Positions 13,034-27,257 of a DNA stretch of 64,000 bases are shown here, piece after piece. A program made the position numbers and the translations under genes. The DNA is from Octopus sinensis (taxonomy: Eukaryota). Location: positions 105,214,001 through 105,278,000 of the forward strand of contig NC_043006.1 of the NCBI RefSeq assembly GCF_006345805.1. Reading direction: 5' to 3'. Every line of letters starts with the position of its first letter. Position 1 is the first letter of the stretch. Below the pieces are notes generated by a model. That model was given only the letters and a program-made list of their open reading frames with translations, was not told the DNA's origin and ran no database searches.

Positions 13034-14753
13034 CCTTCCAGCTGATACAGCTTTGAAGCATCGCTGGCCCAAAGGATAGGAAAATCGAAACTGTCTCTCT
13101 CTGCTCGCGACTACATAAGGCGCCAAAAACAATTAGCGAAAGCATAGTAAATATTGACAACCACACTCGTTCACGAGTAACGTCTGATAAATAAAGATGA
13201 CTGATACTTATTTTACTGGTTAAAGAGAGGATTCAACGCACTGCAGCGACGCCGGGTGAAATGCGTAGCTGTATTTCGTCTGCCGTTACGTTCTGAGTTC
13301 AAATTCCCCCGAGGTCGACTTTGCCTTTCATCCTTTCGGGGTCGATAAATTAAGAACCAGTTTCGCACTGGGGTGGATGTAATCGACTTAATCCCCTTTT
13401 CTGTCCTTGTTTGTTCCCTCTATGTTTAGCCCATTGTGGGCAATAAAGAAATATATATATTGTGGTATTTCAAAATTAGATATGTAAGATTTGTAAGGAT
13501 CTAAATATACTCTGTTTTTGTTTTTCTGTTCTACGTCTTTTTTAGAACTTTGTCGGAAACAGGATTAGCGGTACCCATAAGGCTTGCACTGTATCCCAGA
13601 GTTATAAAATTAGTACAGTTGACAATTGTTTTAAATATCTGCTGACTAGTGTCTGTTGGTCGAATATCAGTGAGAAAAGGAAACATTGTACATGGAAACA
13701 AATACCTACAGGAAGTATTTTCATTGTTCTAATGCAGGATCTGGGAGAAGCTACTCAATAGTGGCGAAAGGAAGAATAGACTCTTTTACTCTTTTACTTG
13801 TTTCAGTCATTTGACTGCGGCCATGCTGGAGCACCGCCTTTGGTAGCCTAGTACTTATTCTATCGGTCTCTTTTGCTGAACCGCTAGGTTACGGGGACGT
13901 AAACACACCAGCATCGATTGTCAAGCGATGTTGGAGGGACAAACACAGACACACAAATATATACACACACACAAACATATATATATATATATACATATAT
14001 ATGACGGGCTTCTTTCAGTTTCCGTCTCCAAAATCCACTCACAAGGCTTTGGTCGGCCCGTGGCTATAGTAGAAGACACTTGCCCAAGATGCCATGCAGT
14101 GGGAATGAATACAGAACCATGTGGTTGGTAAGCAAGCTACTCCTGCGCCTGAGACAATTAGGTAAGCATCGGTATCATAGCAGCAGAGATCATTGCGAAA
14201 ACGCCAGAGGTGTGAGGGAAAGAGCCAAAGGGAGGGAGAAATACACACATGTGTGATGGTTAAATTATTAGTGAACGAATTATATACCCGTCATTTGTAA
14301 AAAAATAAATAAATAAATAAATAAAATAGAATCGAACTAGACAGTGTGTAGGCGGATGTGATGGGCAGGTGACACCTTTCTAACGATGCCAAAACGAAAC
14401 CGAATACTCCGAGGGAATTTATAAATTTCCTCTAAATGGTTGCCATCTTTTTTCTAATAATGAGAGATAAGTAGGCAGTGTTTAACGGTTGTGAAATTAA
14501 TTTGATAACATAAGTGGGGGTGTGATACAACAGGTGCTTCTGGTGCAGTTAGTGCAGCTAATGCACCTGCTGTGCATAGATTTGATGTATTGTAGCTTAC
14601 GGACTTTTAGAACGCATTCTGTGGAGGAACGTATTCTTAGTGGTTAGGTCGTTGCACTGATGGTCGTAAGATAGTGGTTTCGATTCCTGTATTGGGTGAT
14701 GTTCAAAGATATATAGATAGATATGTATATATGTATATATGTGTATATATATA

Positions 14754-14795
<42 letters not shown>

Positions 14796-14810
14796 ATATA
14801 ATACCCACCC

Positions 14811-14841
<31 letters not shown>

Positions 14842-14908
14842 GTTGGTAAAAACGGTAAGATAACAAAAGAAGAAAGAGACCTCAATATTATGTAAATAGA
14901 GGAAATTT

Positions 14909-15130
14909 ATCTGTAAAATAATATGTGACAATTATTCAATAGCCAAGATAAAACTCTGAGTTGGCCAGATGTTGGATGTGTTGTGGTTGCCATGACTGGT
15001 TGGCATGACTGGTTACCATGACTGAGTTCTCCTACTTGTGTAAGAGATGGTGTTGTGGATTTCCACTTCGGCATCCGAAACTCAGAGTTTTATCTTTGCT
15101 ATTGAATAATTGTCACATATTATTTTACAG

Positions 15131-15132
<2 letters not shown>
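14909..15132. repeat. Fold-back remnant with 54-bp inverted arms
   Basis: 14909-14962 vs 15079-15132, one mismatch; adjacent to (TA)n. Confidence 0.8.
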
Positions 15133-15161
<29 letters not shown>

Positions 15162-15198
15162 ATATATATATATTAATATATATATATATATATATATA

Positions 15199-15231
<33 letters not shown>

Positions 15232-17181
15232 CATATATTTTTAAATTTGTAAACAAAATCGAAGGATGTAAATTACGGAGAAGACGACCCAAATAGGTCT
15301 TTTTTTAATAATAACTATAATTATAGATCATTTACAATAATATATGCTCCATTTAAAGTGACTATACCTAAACAATTGGCCGAAAAACGATGGGCCGAAC
15401 CAATGAGGATTGATCACGACATCAATGCTTACATGACTCCGTATGCACCCAATTAAGGCACATAGCCCACCTGGACAGATATCTTTAAGGGATACCAGAT
15501 AGGCCACCTATATCTGGATACAGCTCAGTCAGCAACAACTCCCTTCTGGAATGGGCCATGATAACACAAACTTGACTTTAAAACTGATTTAACAGATCCT
15601 ATCAGGTGGAGCAATTAAGTTGGACATGGCCAGAGCCACTCTTCGGCCGAAATATATATAAGTTATCTACGCAACCCCAAACCATTGGAGAAGATGACCA
15701 GTTTAAGAATTTGGCAAGCTTTGTTTATATCTCTTTTACCACATCCTTCCTGATGACCAATGCTATCCTCTGAACAATGCTGTCCCCTGAATGAACAATG
15801 CTATCAATCCTCTGGATAGGATGCTCAATCAATCGAGATGCTGTCAAATCTCTCCATCATCACCGCATGGTAAAGAAACAACGAATTTACTAAGATGCCT
15901 GCGTGCAGCTTTACAATTAAACACTTCCAGCTGTTCAACCTTCCCTTCCACCGCAAGACCTTGTAACAAATCGGTGGAAGTTTTGTTCTTATCACTGACA
16001 ATTCCAATATGTTTACGTTATAAGAACTTCCAGCATTTCAGGGTTAATTTGACGGTTGCCTAAAAAGAAAAGAATTTGAAAAAGTCAAAAAATATCAACT
16101 AGATTATGGTTATAAGGTAACAGTTTACTCAAAGAAGCCACCCTCAGCCTCCACCTCGGCCTCAAGACTGCCAGAAACTGGCGCATGAGTTCCTTACTTT
16201 GCCTTTGAGAAGATCTTCGAACAAATGTTTGATGTAGGATCAGCTTGATCTTATGATTGCAGGCAGAGCAGTTAGTGTATTTTCACTTTGAGAGATATGG
16301 GTTAAAGTATTTTTAAAGGTGTAACTCGAAATAGATAAAGCTATAAATGATAGCGTGTGAAATACTGAGTCATTAAAACAAACCTTGAATAACCTTCGAT
16401 ATTTTTTTATTAAAGCAATTTATTAAACCCAACAATCTGCATGCAAGTATTAATAGCTTTATTTTCCTCGAGGTCCACCGTTAAAAGTAACTTAAATTAC
16501 ATTTACATTCCCATAAAATTATTTTATAGAACCAATATTTGTAAACAATACTCGTTCACACAAATTTACATACAGTCATGTAAATACACAAGAAAGTACA
16601 TATCAATATATTCACAACACAATGTACCTAACACAACTCCTTTACCAGCCTTGTGTTTATCTTGTTTATACAACAGATTTAATAACTCGGTAGTCCTTTT
16701 TCACACTTGACTAATGAGAGATATTTATTTGCTGAACTCATATATCTGTAATAAAGTAATCATTCTGCGCCTTCAGTAAATGATATTGTGCTTAGATAAG
16801 TTGTTGTGCGCTTTGGAGAGCCAATGTGTGTGTTTGGGCATAGCATGAACACACGCGTACGCACACAATATCCATAGGCATGTATAATGTATGACTGTGA
16901 CATTATTCAATATGTTCTTTTAAACTGCATGCATCGAATGCTTTATGTAGGCTGTGTTCTGTTCCCACCAAATTACACACATACACACACACGTGCACAC
17001 AAACACACACACACACACACATACACAAAAGTACATAAATGGCGAAACAAAGTGGAAAAACTACTCCTCGAACACCGCAGGTAGAGTAAAATCCTATTTT
17101 ATTAAATCTGAAAAAAGTCCTCACAAATTCAGTTTTGTCTGACCCCTCATCAGGCACATGTGATAATACGGACTAATCTGC

Positions 17182-17223
<42 letters not shown>

Positions 17224-17520
17224 ACGGGAAGGTTTACGGAAATAAACAAAAGACGGAGGCAGGTGGAGTACAAACAAACAAATGTATTAGTATGGCGCTC
17301 AGGAATAGAAATAGAACAAGTCTTTTACGTTTCGAGCCTACGCTCTTCGACAGAAAGATACACAGAAGAGAAACAAGGAGAGAAAAAAATGCGTCGAAGA
17401 GCGTAGGCTCGAAACGTAAAAGACTTGTTTTATTTCTATTCTTGAGCGCCATACTGATACACTTGTTTGTTTCTACTCCACCTGCCTTCGTCTTTTGTTT
17501 ATTTTCGTAAACTTTCCCGT
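17224..17520. mobile_element. Fold-back pair of PLE-tail family B (HHR-like GAGC-GTAG-GCTC-GAAA motif)
   Basis: ~127-bp inverted arms 17224-17350 / 17394-17520 with (TA)n on both sides; family copies at 2820-2990(-), 4706-4855(+), 18755-18800(+), 45185-45290(+, partial). Confidence 0.8.
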
Positions 17521-17687
17521 TATATATCACACGCTCATGGGGTCTCACTGTTATCCTATATTCTACCACTACCACTACCAACTCTTACCTTTCCTCGACG
17601 GACACTAAACTCTCCATTGGATTTTTTACCTCTAAGGACACCTACCCTCTGGCTGCACCTCTCCTACACGAATCAAAGGGACTTGAT

Positions 17688-17740
17688 TATATATATATAT
17701 ATATATATATGCATATGTATATATATATATTTATATGTAT

Positions 17741-17771
<31 letters not shown>

Positions 17772-17773
17772 GC

Positions 17774-17807
<34 letters not shown>

Positions 17808-17920
17808 AATACATATATATACACATATATATACATATATATATATACATGCATATATATATATATATATATATATATACATGCATATATATATATGTAT
17901 ATATATATGTATATACATGC

Positions 17921-17974
<54 letters not shown>

Positions 17975-18045
17975 GCATATGTATATATATATGTATATGC
18001 AATATATATGTATATGCATATATATATATTATATATATTATATAT

Positions 18046-18088
<43 letters not shown>
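17688..18088. repeat. Compound (TA)n microsatellite (similar tracts 30993-31412, 42630-42905)
   Basis: Direct inspection; source of the poly-IY ORFs. Confidence 0.95.
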
Positions 18089-18092
<4 letters not shown>

Positions 18093-18617
18093 AAAAAATG
18101 AAGTTCGAAAATGCTGCTATATTATACATTTTTAATTTCTATATATACATTATAACATATTTCAGTTCCTGAAATGAACCTTATCAAAAAAAGTTATATA
18201 TAAAAAAAGATAGTTCATGCTATCAAATATAAGAAATTCATTTATAATACACAATGGAGTCAGACATCATAAAGTTCATATATAGTTTGAAGTGAGTTCG
18301 TTCATGCTATATGTTTAAAGTGAATGATGCAGTCGTTCGTGGTGGTGATATATAAAAAATAGATCAAAGTGGTGGAATGCAGTCAATATAAAAAATTGAT
18401 GTTCCTGAAAGAGCGAGGAATTCATTTTTACCTTGAGCAACTGTGATGACTAATGGTGGGTGTTCGCTGGATGGTTCTGGCGAATCTTGTGAATTGTTCG
18501 GGTTTTATAACACCTGTTAGATGGTCAGTCCAGCGTAGCGTGACGTCATCAACGTTTTGACCAATCGTTTCGTTAGGTGGGTTAGTCAAGCAGAACGGGA
18601 CGTCATCAACATTCTGA

Positions 18618-18705
<88 letters not shown>

Positions 18706-18754
18706 ATATATATTATATATATATATATATACATGAATATATCATATATTCTTC

Positions 18755-19400
18755 TCAATCCGTTCTGTTGAAGAGCGAAGGCTAGAAATATCAAAGACTT
18801 TTCCACTCTCTCCACCTCCATCCACTACAAACACACAAACTCACACTCATACCTCAACTTCTCTTCCTCCCACCCCAAGCACACCAAGCTTTCCATCCCC
18901 TATTCCCAATTCCTCCGTCTACGCAAGCTCTGTAGCGACGACCATGATTTTGAGACTCAGTGTCAACTTATGGCTCGCCACTTCATCCTTCGTGGATATC
19001 CCCTCACCAGTATCTACACCGCCCTAGCCAGAGCACGTTCCGTGGACAGTGTATCAGCTCTCTCTCCATGCACCCACACCACCGTCATCCGTCTCGGCGA
19101 CTCCAGTCCGACCCCTCCACTTCGCGCATCTTATCTAAGCTACCCCTCCCCTGCTTCAAACGAGCCCACAACCTACGTGACCCCTTGGAGCACAGTTTCT
19201 TTCCTAGCCCCACCTCCCAACCCGGCTCTTTCCCTGCACCCATCATCGTCCCTATCATATCACTGACTTCTTCACCTGCACTTCTAGCAACATCATTTAC
19301 TGCTCCCTCTGTCCTTCATTGTACATCGGTCAAACGTGACGTCGCTTGGCTGACCGGTTCGCGGAGCACCTCCGAGACATCAGACTCGACAATGACATGG
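18755..19400 (+). mobile_element. Degenerate PLE fragment (RT thumb + GIY-YIG) preceded by an HHR-like pLTR piece
   Basis: Manual translation: STSIHYKHTNSHSYLNFSSSHPKHTKLSIPYSQFLRLRKLCS...RGYP, and LCPSLYIGQT*RRLADRFAEHLRDI. Confidence 0.88.
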
Positions 19401-19934
19401 CGGGTCGTCAGACTAGACGAAGGTAAAATAGCGAACGCTGGAGAAATATTTTCTTTGACAAGAGAAAAGATAGAAGAGATAGATAGATAGGATACGTCTA
19501 ACGTCTAGGACAGCCCTGAAAGAAAAGAAAGATGATCACGCGAGGAAAAGAAAGATGGATGATGGTCACGTGTGACCAACTAAAGAGAGTAAAGAAGAAA
19601 GAGGCGGAGAGAACAGAATAGGGTAAGGGTAGAGTAACATCAAACAGATTAAGATAAACTTACCTGGAAATGGATGATTGGCGATCGATCAATTAATAAT
19701 ATAAATAATATATATATATATATATATATGCATACATACGTGTTTGCGTGTATGTATGTATGCATGTATATATGTATGTGTGTGTGGTGGATGAGTCAAC
19801 TTGGTTCATAAGAGCTCAGTTCTGTACAACTGAACACAGCTAAGTGAAGTGAAACACGCTTAAATTGATGAAAAAAATGATCAAAAATTATTATAACGTA
19901 AAGAAATAAAACAATAAGTTTGAATATTAGTTGC

Positions 19935-20145
<211 letters not shown>

Positions 20146-20366
20146 ACCGGTAGCAATGCCATCACAAATATTTGGGTATGCGTCTATTTAATTCGTCACG
20201 CGGTACCGAAAATGCATTATGCTCTGTAACCGTGGGAAAGAGAGAGAAATGCGGTGTGCTTGTATGTATGTATGTATGTATGTATGTGTGATGTATGTAT
20301 AGCTGTGTGGTAAGTATGTAAGTAAGTATGTATGGCAGCGTGGCACCTTATATATATATGTATACA

Positions 20367-20401
<35 letters not shown>

Positions 20402-20438
20402 TATATATATATATATAATATATATATATATGTATATG

Positions 20439-20475
<37 letters not shown>

Positions 20476-21266
20476 AAACAAGTAAAAAATAGAAAATGCT
20501 AAAATAATTTTATAGTGAACATTCAGTACCGGTTTCGGTCATTTTGAGACCTTTTCAACTGTAACGATTAAATAATTAAATTTAGAAAAATTAGAAGAAA
20601 AGTTTTTTTAAAAGAATATTTCTATAGTAGTGTTCAGATTTAAGTGGCATTCTGCCTTTCTCTGACTCCCTTGTTTGCACTTGTGTGTTCGAGGTAGTTG
20701 TGAGCTCTTGGTAGGGTAGTAGAGAGAAGGCTGGTGAGGAAAGGGGGTGGGAGAATCTGGGAGTGCCCTGATGGTCGTATTTTGAATGGTCAGTGGCGGC
20801 TGGCAGTCTCAGTTCAATTCAGGAGAATATTTATATTGACAGGCTTCTTTATAGAATTAGCGTAGGTGTTATACTAAAAAACATTAGTGACGAACTTAAG
20901 GGGTAGGGGGTGGAGAAGAAGAAGAAGAAGAAGAAGGAGAAGGAGAAGGAGAAGATGACGATGATGGTGATGGTGGTGATGATTATGACGACGATGATGA
21001 TGATAACGATGATGATGAAGAAGAAGAAGAAGAAGGAGGAGAAGGAGAAGATGGTGGTGATGATGGTGGTGATGATGATGATGCCGATGATGATGATAAC
21101 GATGATGATGAAGAAGAAGAGGAAGAAGAAGAAGAAGAAAAAACAGAGAAGGGAGAATATGAATGTAAATATAGCTATGAAGGGGCTGATTAGTAATGGA
21201 TTCTATTGAGTGTAGTATTTGTGTGTGTATATATATTTTTTTCTTTTATTCTAAGGTTGAGGTATA

Positions 21267-22435
21267 TTAATTGTTTGTCGTAGACCCGTTAAGAAGTGGC
21301 TTGTATTTTGTAATAAAGAGATTTTCTTTACTTATTCGTTGTCTCGAGGTTGTATCGTCCCTAAATTGGTAGAGGGGGAAAATTCTGAAGTTTGGTGTTT
21401 TTTTGTTGGCGCAAGTATCTATGTGTTGGCTAAAAGCTATTTTTCTGTTTTGGGGAATTTTTATCTGGGATCTGTGCAGGGCCATTCGTTTACGCAAACC
21501 ATTTTTTGTTTGGCCTATGTACTGCTCTTGACACCCGGAGCAGGTTAGTGAGTATATTAGGTTCTCCGAAGCACATGTGAAGTTGCTTTTCACTGTAAAA
21601 CGTTGTCCCTGTTTGAAGGAGAACTCAGAACCCTCGATTAGATAGTCGCATATCCCGCAATGGGTCTTCCACATTTTTTTACTGTCGGCTTCTGTGTTGA
21701 AGAGTGAATTCGGGCTTGTGTAAGGAGACTTTTCATGGATCTAGGCTGTCTTTTGCTTTTTATGATCGTGTGTGTTTGGAGGATTGTGTTCATTCTGTGG
21801 TCTTTTTTTAGGAGGGGTATGTTGTGGAGGATGGTGTCGAAGGCTTCGTTATTGAGAGGGTTGTGTGTGGAGATGTATGGTAAGGCTTTTGGTTGTAAGT
21901 TTTTCTTTGATTTGGGATGTCTCAGTTCCTTGATGTTAAGTTGAAGGGCACGTTGAATGCATTTGTCAATAAGTGAAGGTGGATAGTTCCTGGTGATTAG
22001 GGTATCTTTTAGTTCTTGTAGTCGTGTGTCTCTGGTGTTTGCGTTAGAGACTATAGTGCATATCCTTTTTGCTAGATTGAAGGGGATATTCATCCTGGTG
22101 TGTCTGGGGTGGCATGAATTGAATGGAAGATATTGCTTAGAGTCTGTAGGCTTATAGTATATGTCTGTTTCTATTATATTATTAGCTTTCTTAATGAGGA
22201 TATCGAGGAAGGGGAGTTGTTGTTGGCTATATTCCATCGTGAATTGGATGTTTACGTCCAGTCCGTTTAAAATTTTCTGGAATTCTATGAGTTTTTCTAT
22301 ATTTTTATGCCAAAGGATGAAACAGTCATCTAGATATCTCTTCCAGTTGTTTTCTATGTAGATGGAGAAAGGGCTGCCATATCTTTCTAGAACCTTACGA
22401 TACAGACTGATCTCTAGTTTGTCTACGACAAACAA
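21267..22435 (-). pseudogene. PLE reverse transcriptase (palm-thumb) and GIY-YIG endonuclease, split by one frameshift near 21660
   Basis: ORFs 21638-22435 and 21267-21674; adding one base at CCC-A-TTGC restores KCGRPxCGICDY (PLE Zn-finger linker). Confidence 0.92.
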
Positions 22436-23140
22436 TTAATATACCTCAACCTTAGAATAAAAGAAAAAAATATATATACACACACAAATACTACACTCAA
22501 TAGAATCCATTACTAATCAGCCCCTTCATAGCTATATTTACATTCATATTCTCCCTTCTCTGTTTTTTCTTCTTCTTCTTCTTCCTCTTCTTCTTCATCA
22601 TCATCGTTATCATCATCATCGGCATCATCATCATCACCACCATCATCACCACCATCTTCTCCTTCTCCTCCTTCTTCTTCTTCTTCTTCATCATCATCGT
22701 TATCATCATCATCGTCGTCATAATCATCACCACCATCACCATCATCGTCATCTTCTCCTTCTCCTTCTTCTTCTTCTTCTTCTTCTTCTCCACCCCCTAC
22801 CCCTTAAGTTCGTCACTAATGTTTTTTAGTATAACACCTACGCTAATTCTATAAAGAAGCCTGTCAATATAAATATTCTCCTGAATTGAACTGAGACTGC
22901 CAGCCGCCACTGACCATTCAAAATACGACCATCAGGGCACTCCCAGATTCTCCCACCCCCTTTCCTCACCAGCCTTCTCTCTACTACCCTACCAAGAGCT
23001 CACAACTACCTCGAACACACAAGTGCAAACAAGGGAGTCAGAGAAAGGCAGAATGCCACTTAAATCTGAACACTACTATAGAAATATTCTTTTAAAAAAA
23101 CTTTTCTTCTAATTTTTCTAAATTTAATTATTTAATCGTT

Positions 23141-23180
23141 ACAGTTGAAAAGGTCTCAAAATGACCGAAACCGGTACTGA
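23141..23180 (+). ncRNA. Minimal type I HHR with U3:A8 covariation in the PLE tail (mirror copy ~20523-20562 on minus)
   Basis: ACAG TTGAAAA GGTC-TCAAAAT-GACC GAAA CCGG TA CTG; palindromic stem III. Confidence 0.75.
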
Positions 23181-23284
23181 AATGTTCACTATAAATTATT
23201 TTAGCATTTTCTATTTTTTACTTGTTTTTTCATATATATCAACTCGTGTGTTCCTTTTCACCCTTATACATATATATATATATA

Positions 23285-23332
<48 letters not shown>

Positions 23333-24535
23333 ATGCATGTATATATATTTATGTGTCTGTGTTTGTCTCCCCCGCCATCACTTGACAACCGATACTGGTG
23401 TGTTTCGGTCCTTGCAACCTGGCGGTTCACCAAAAGATACCGATAAAATAAGTACTAGGCTTACAAACAATAAGTTCTGGGATCGATTTCTTCGACTAAA
23501 ACCCTTTAAAACGGTGCTCTGGCATGGTCACAGTCAAATGACTGAAACAAGTAAAAGAATAAAAGAATACAGACACACACACGCGATGAATTCTAATATG
23601 AAGCAGATTACTTCTCTTCCATCATGGTTAAATACATCCTCATTGATGACAACGTACAATAATAGCATAGACCAGTTTGTAATTCATATATAGCGCCCGG
23701 TTATAGTATGGCCCTATTACAATTTGAATAATCAATCAGACGTGTTCATTCTTTGCAGTTACTTCCATCGATATTTATTGAGAAATTCTAACACTAAGGT
23801 CATTAAATGGATTTGCCAAACGCTGGACGATTGACATTTTTATACGCTTTTACTTTTGTTTCAAAAAGTGATTCTAATTTCAGCAGCAGTAAAATTATAT
23901 TGGTATAGTCATTTACTGCTCTGATGTCTGTTTTTTTTTTATATGATACTAAAAACGAGGATATCACGAAGTTTTAAATACGAATATTTGAATCTGCTTC
24001 AAATTTTATTTTTTCGTTTTGTTATGGCAACCAGTGAAATATCGATGCGTTTCGATAGGTTTACAAATATATATTTTTTTCTCATATTTTCTATATTTCC
24101 AATCCAAGCCGACTGTCTTTTACTTCTGTTCGAGTAATCACTAATATAAAACAGAAGACTAATATAAACAGAAGTGTATTCATACATACATACATACATT
24201 ATATGTGCTTATACACACACACATATATATATATATATATGCATATATATACATATGTACATATACATGTATATATTACATATACACTTATACACACACA
24301 GACACGCACACAGCACACACACCCACTATGTATATATGTTTGTGCGTGTTTGTATGCATAAGTGTGTATGTAATATATTCATGAATACGTACATATTGTA
24401 TACATATATATACTTAAATATATATATACTTATATATACATATATATATATATTTAATTATATATATATATATTATACACATATATATATACTTATATAT
24501 ATACATATATATATATACTTATATATATATATGTG

Positions 24536-24566
<31 letters not shown>

Positions 24567-24650
24567 GTGTGAATAAACATTTTTACCCATATACATGTAT
24601 ATATTTATGTATATACAACGAATAAATATAAATATATAAATATACATACA

Positions 24651-24686
<36 letters not shown>

Positions 24687-25217
24687 TGTATGTATGTATG
24701 TACGCATGCATGTATGCATGTGTGTATGTATAAAACGCCATATCACATGTCGGCATATGAAGTGTGTATATATTGTGTTGCATTGCATCTTTCTGTAAAG
24801 GTGGAGGGAAGAGGAAAAACGAGTCGCCGCAATGAAAGAACTGAAGAGGACAGAAAAGAAAAGATAAAACAGAGAAGAGAAGTGGATTGCGTAGATATGG
24901 ATATTGGCAGGAAATCGGAATAGCGACTGGCCATGGCGGGAGAGACTGGGAATTGTAGGGAGGGATGGAAAACATGAAAGTGGAGGAAAAAGCAGAAGAG
25001 ACCAGCGGCGGAATGAAGAGAGAGATGGTGCACTAGAATAGATTAAGACGGAGACAAGATAATATACGAGACATGCAGAGAAGAGAGAATGCTAAAGAGA
25101 GAGAGAGGGGGGGGGAAGAGAGGATGAGAGGGGTGGAGAGTAAGAGAGGGAGAGAAGCGAGAGAAGGGTGAGAAAGCGCGGGGTAAGAGGCATAATATCG
25201 AAGTGTGAGTGCATAAC

Positions 25218-25250
<33 letters not shown>

Positions 25251-25359
25251 TTGAGGTGACAGAAAGATAGATAGCAAAAGAGAAAAAGGCAGAGAGGGAG
25301 AGAGAGATGCAAGATATCAAAGTTAAAGTGCACAACAAAAGCGATAGAGATAGATAGAG

Positions 25360-25417
<58 letters not shown>

Positions 25418-25693
25418 AATAGCTGATATCGAAGTGTGAGTGCGTAATAAAAGCCGTTAAAATTGTAAAAAATGTTGAAAAAATATGCCCAAAATACATG
25501 TATATGTGTGTGTATGCGTGTGTGTGTTTGTGTGCGAGTGAGTGTATACGTGCAAAATATTATAATGTGTAAATAAGTATATACACGCATATATTCAAAA
25601 CTATTTTTCCATTCATGTAATGTCTCAATATATGTTTGTTTATACATACATACACACACACATACTCACGCTTGCGCGTGCACACGCTCGCTT

Positions 25694-25730
<37 letters not shown>

Positions 25731-25789
25731 TACACGCACGCTCATATATGTATGTATATGTACATATACCCACGCACACTTGTATACAT

Positions 25790-26050
25790 GCCTACAAACA
25801 TACATTCATACATACATGCATGCATACATACATGCATACAAACGAATGTATACATATATACTTTCAGACATACATCCATGCATGTATACATACATACATT
25901 CAAACATATATGCATACATGCATGTATATATACATACATACGTACATACATGCATGTATGTATACATACATACATACATAGATACATACATAGATACATG
26001 CATACATACATACATAGATACATACATACGTACATACATGCATGCATGTA

Positions 26051-26082
<32 letters not shown>

Positions 26083-26181
26083 ATCATTCACCCGAATACA
26101 TCCAAGTGTATGTAAAATATGTTGCTGAGTATGCAGTGTTACGTCCACCTGCGTATATGCGTATGTGGGTGTGTGTGTGTG

Positions 26182-26245
<64 letters not shown>

Positions 26246-26260
26246 TGTGTGCGTGCGTGT
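25790..26260. repeat. (TACA)n then (GT)n microsatellites; (GGT)n at 10495-10612; (ATAG)n at 62299-62410
   Basis: Direct inspection. Confidence 0.9.
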
Positions 26261-26801
26261 GTGTGTGTGCTTGCTTAGATAATGATAAATATTCATTTTG
26301 CTGTGTTTATCTATTTTCTTAACGTAAGTTCTTTGCTTGCAACATAATTAAGGGTTATTGTTGCGAAGAAAGAGAACGAAATGGAATTCTTTTTTTTTTC
26401 TTTTTTTGTATTTATATAAATATATTCTACAACCATACCCTAATGCACTGAGTGGAATGGTAAACTACCTTTTTTTCTTCTACTTTGTTATCTCTTTGCA
26501 AGTTCATTCCAAGTGAGATAAATGCTTGAAAACTCCTGGAATTTGTCCAGAAATTGCAGGAACTTATCAAATACAGGCGACATCAAAGTCGAAATTGATT
26601 ATTGAAATTATTCGATAGTCCCAATTTTATATGCACCAGATAAACGCTTTATGCTATTCTAGATGTGATTATTCACAAGAGGAGAAAACGATGTAGAAGA
26701 ATGACTAAAATGTACTTACAATTGTATATATTTCTTTGCTGGAACAAATATAAAGTGGAAATATTTGTGCAGTAATCTCCCTTGCATTTGTAACATCAGG
26801 A

Positions 26802-27257
26802 GAATCTTTTCGGTTTGAGCGGCAGTTTTTAACATAATTTCTAGGTAACTAAAAAATTTTAAACTTCGAATACTGGTAGAACGTGTTTATAAATCATCTT
26901 TTTCTCTTGGCGTTATTGAGAAAATTCTATAGTTTGTAAGATATTTGTTGTTTTTTTTCTTCAAATTCTGCAATTTCAACCAATCAGTGACGTCTATTGA
27001 GGTAAAAAGCATTCTGTGCCGTATGAATATGTCCTTCGTTTAAGAAACAGATTGGGTTTATTTACATTTCTGAAGAAAAAAAGATACCCTTCCCCCACCC
27101 TTAACCCTAACCCTAAACCTAACCCTAACTAACCTTAACTAACTCTAACCCTAAAACAGATTGAAATGCAAAAGATCGATACTAGGGTCATAATTATGGG
27201 TGACAATTTCATATATAACACCGCTAGAAAAAACTGCCGTTCAAACCGAAAAGATCC
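26802..27257. mobile_element. MITE with 29-bp TIR GGATCTTTTCGGTTTGAACGGCAGTTTTT and internal (TAACCC)n
   Basis: TSD CATCAGGA / CTTCAGGA (7 of 8 match). Confidence 0.88.

Larger units (their letters stand above)
20463..23268 (-). mobile_element. 5'-truncated Penelope-like retroelement with ~820-bp inverted terminal arms (inverted pLTR)
   Basis: RT 3' half (RYLDDCF, LPFLD, KPTDS, RNYPP) and GIY-YIG (NLIYSLTC..C..QYIGQT) lie between near-identical inverted arms ~20463-21285 and 22421-~23239. Confidence 0.95.

Noticed and set aside
15260-16430. Higher-complexity stretch that might be a decayed retroelement or exon
   Set aside because: No recognisable motif in the frames translated by hand; needs tblastx
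17100-17157. CTGATGAG on minus near 17145
   Set aside because: No downstream GAAA with pairing stems
17467-18129. Many 60-220 aa ORFs rich in IY, HT, CV, LS or poly-L/V (also 19881-20191, 24174-26322, 30970-31457)
   Set aside because: Translations of TA, CA, CT and CTA microsatellites; no coding signal
20910-21209. Identical K/M-rich 99- and 98-aa ORFs at 20910 (+) and 22497 (-)
   Set aside because: Read through the (GAA/GAT)n tract of the PLE inverted arms; not a gene pair
24780-24923. Possible exon after a pyrimidine tract (VEGRGKTSRR...)
   Set aside because: Low-complexity purine-rich sequence with an early stop and no partner exons
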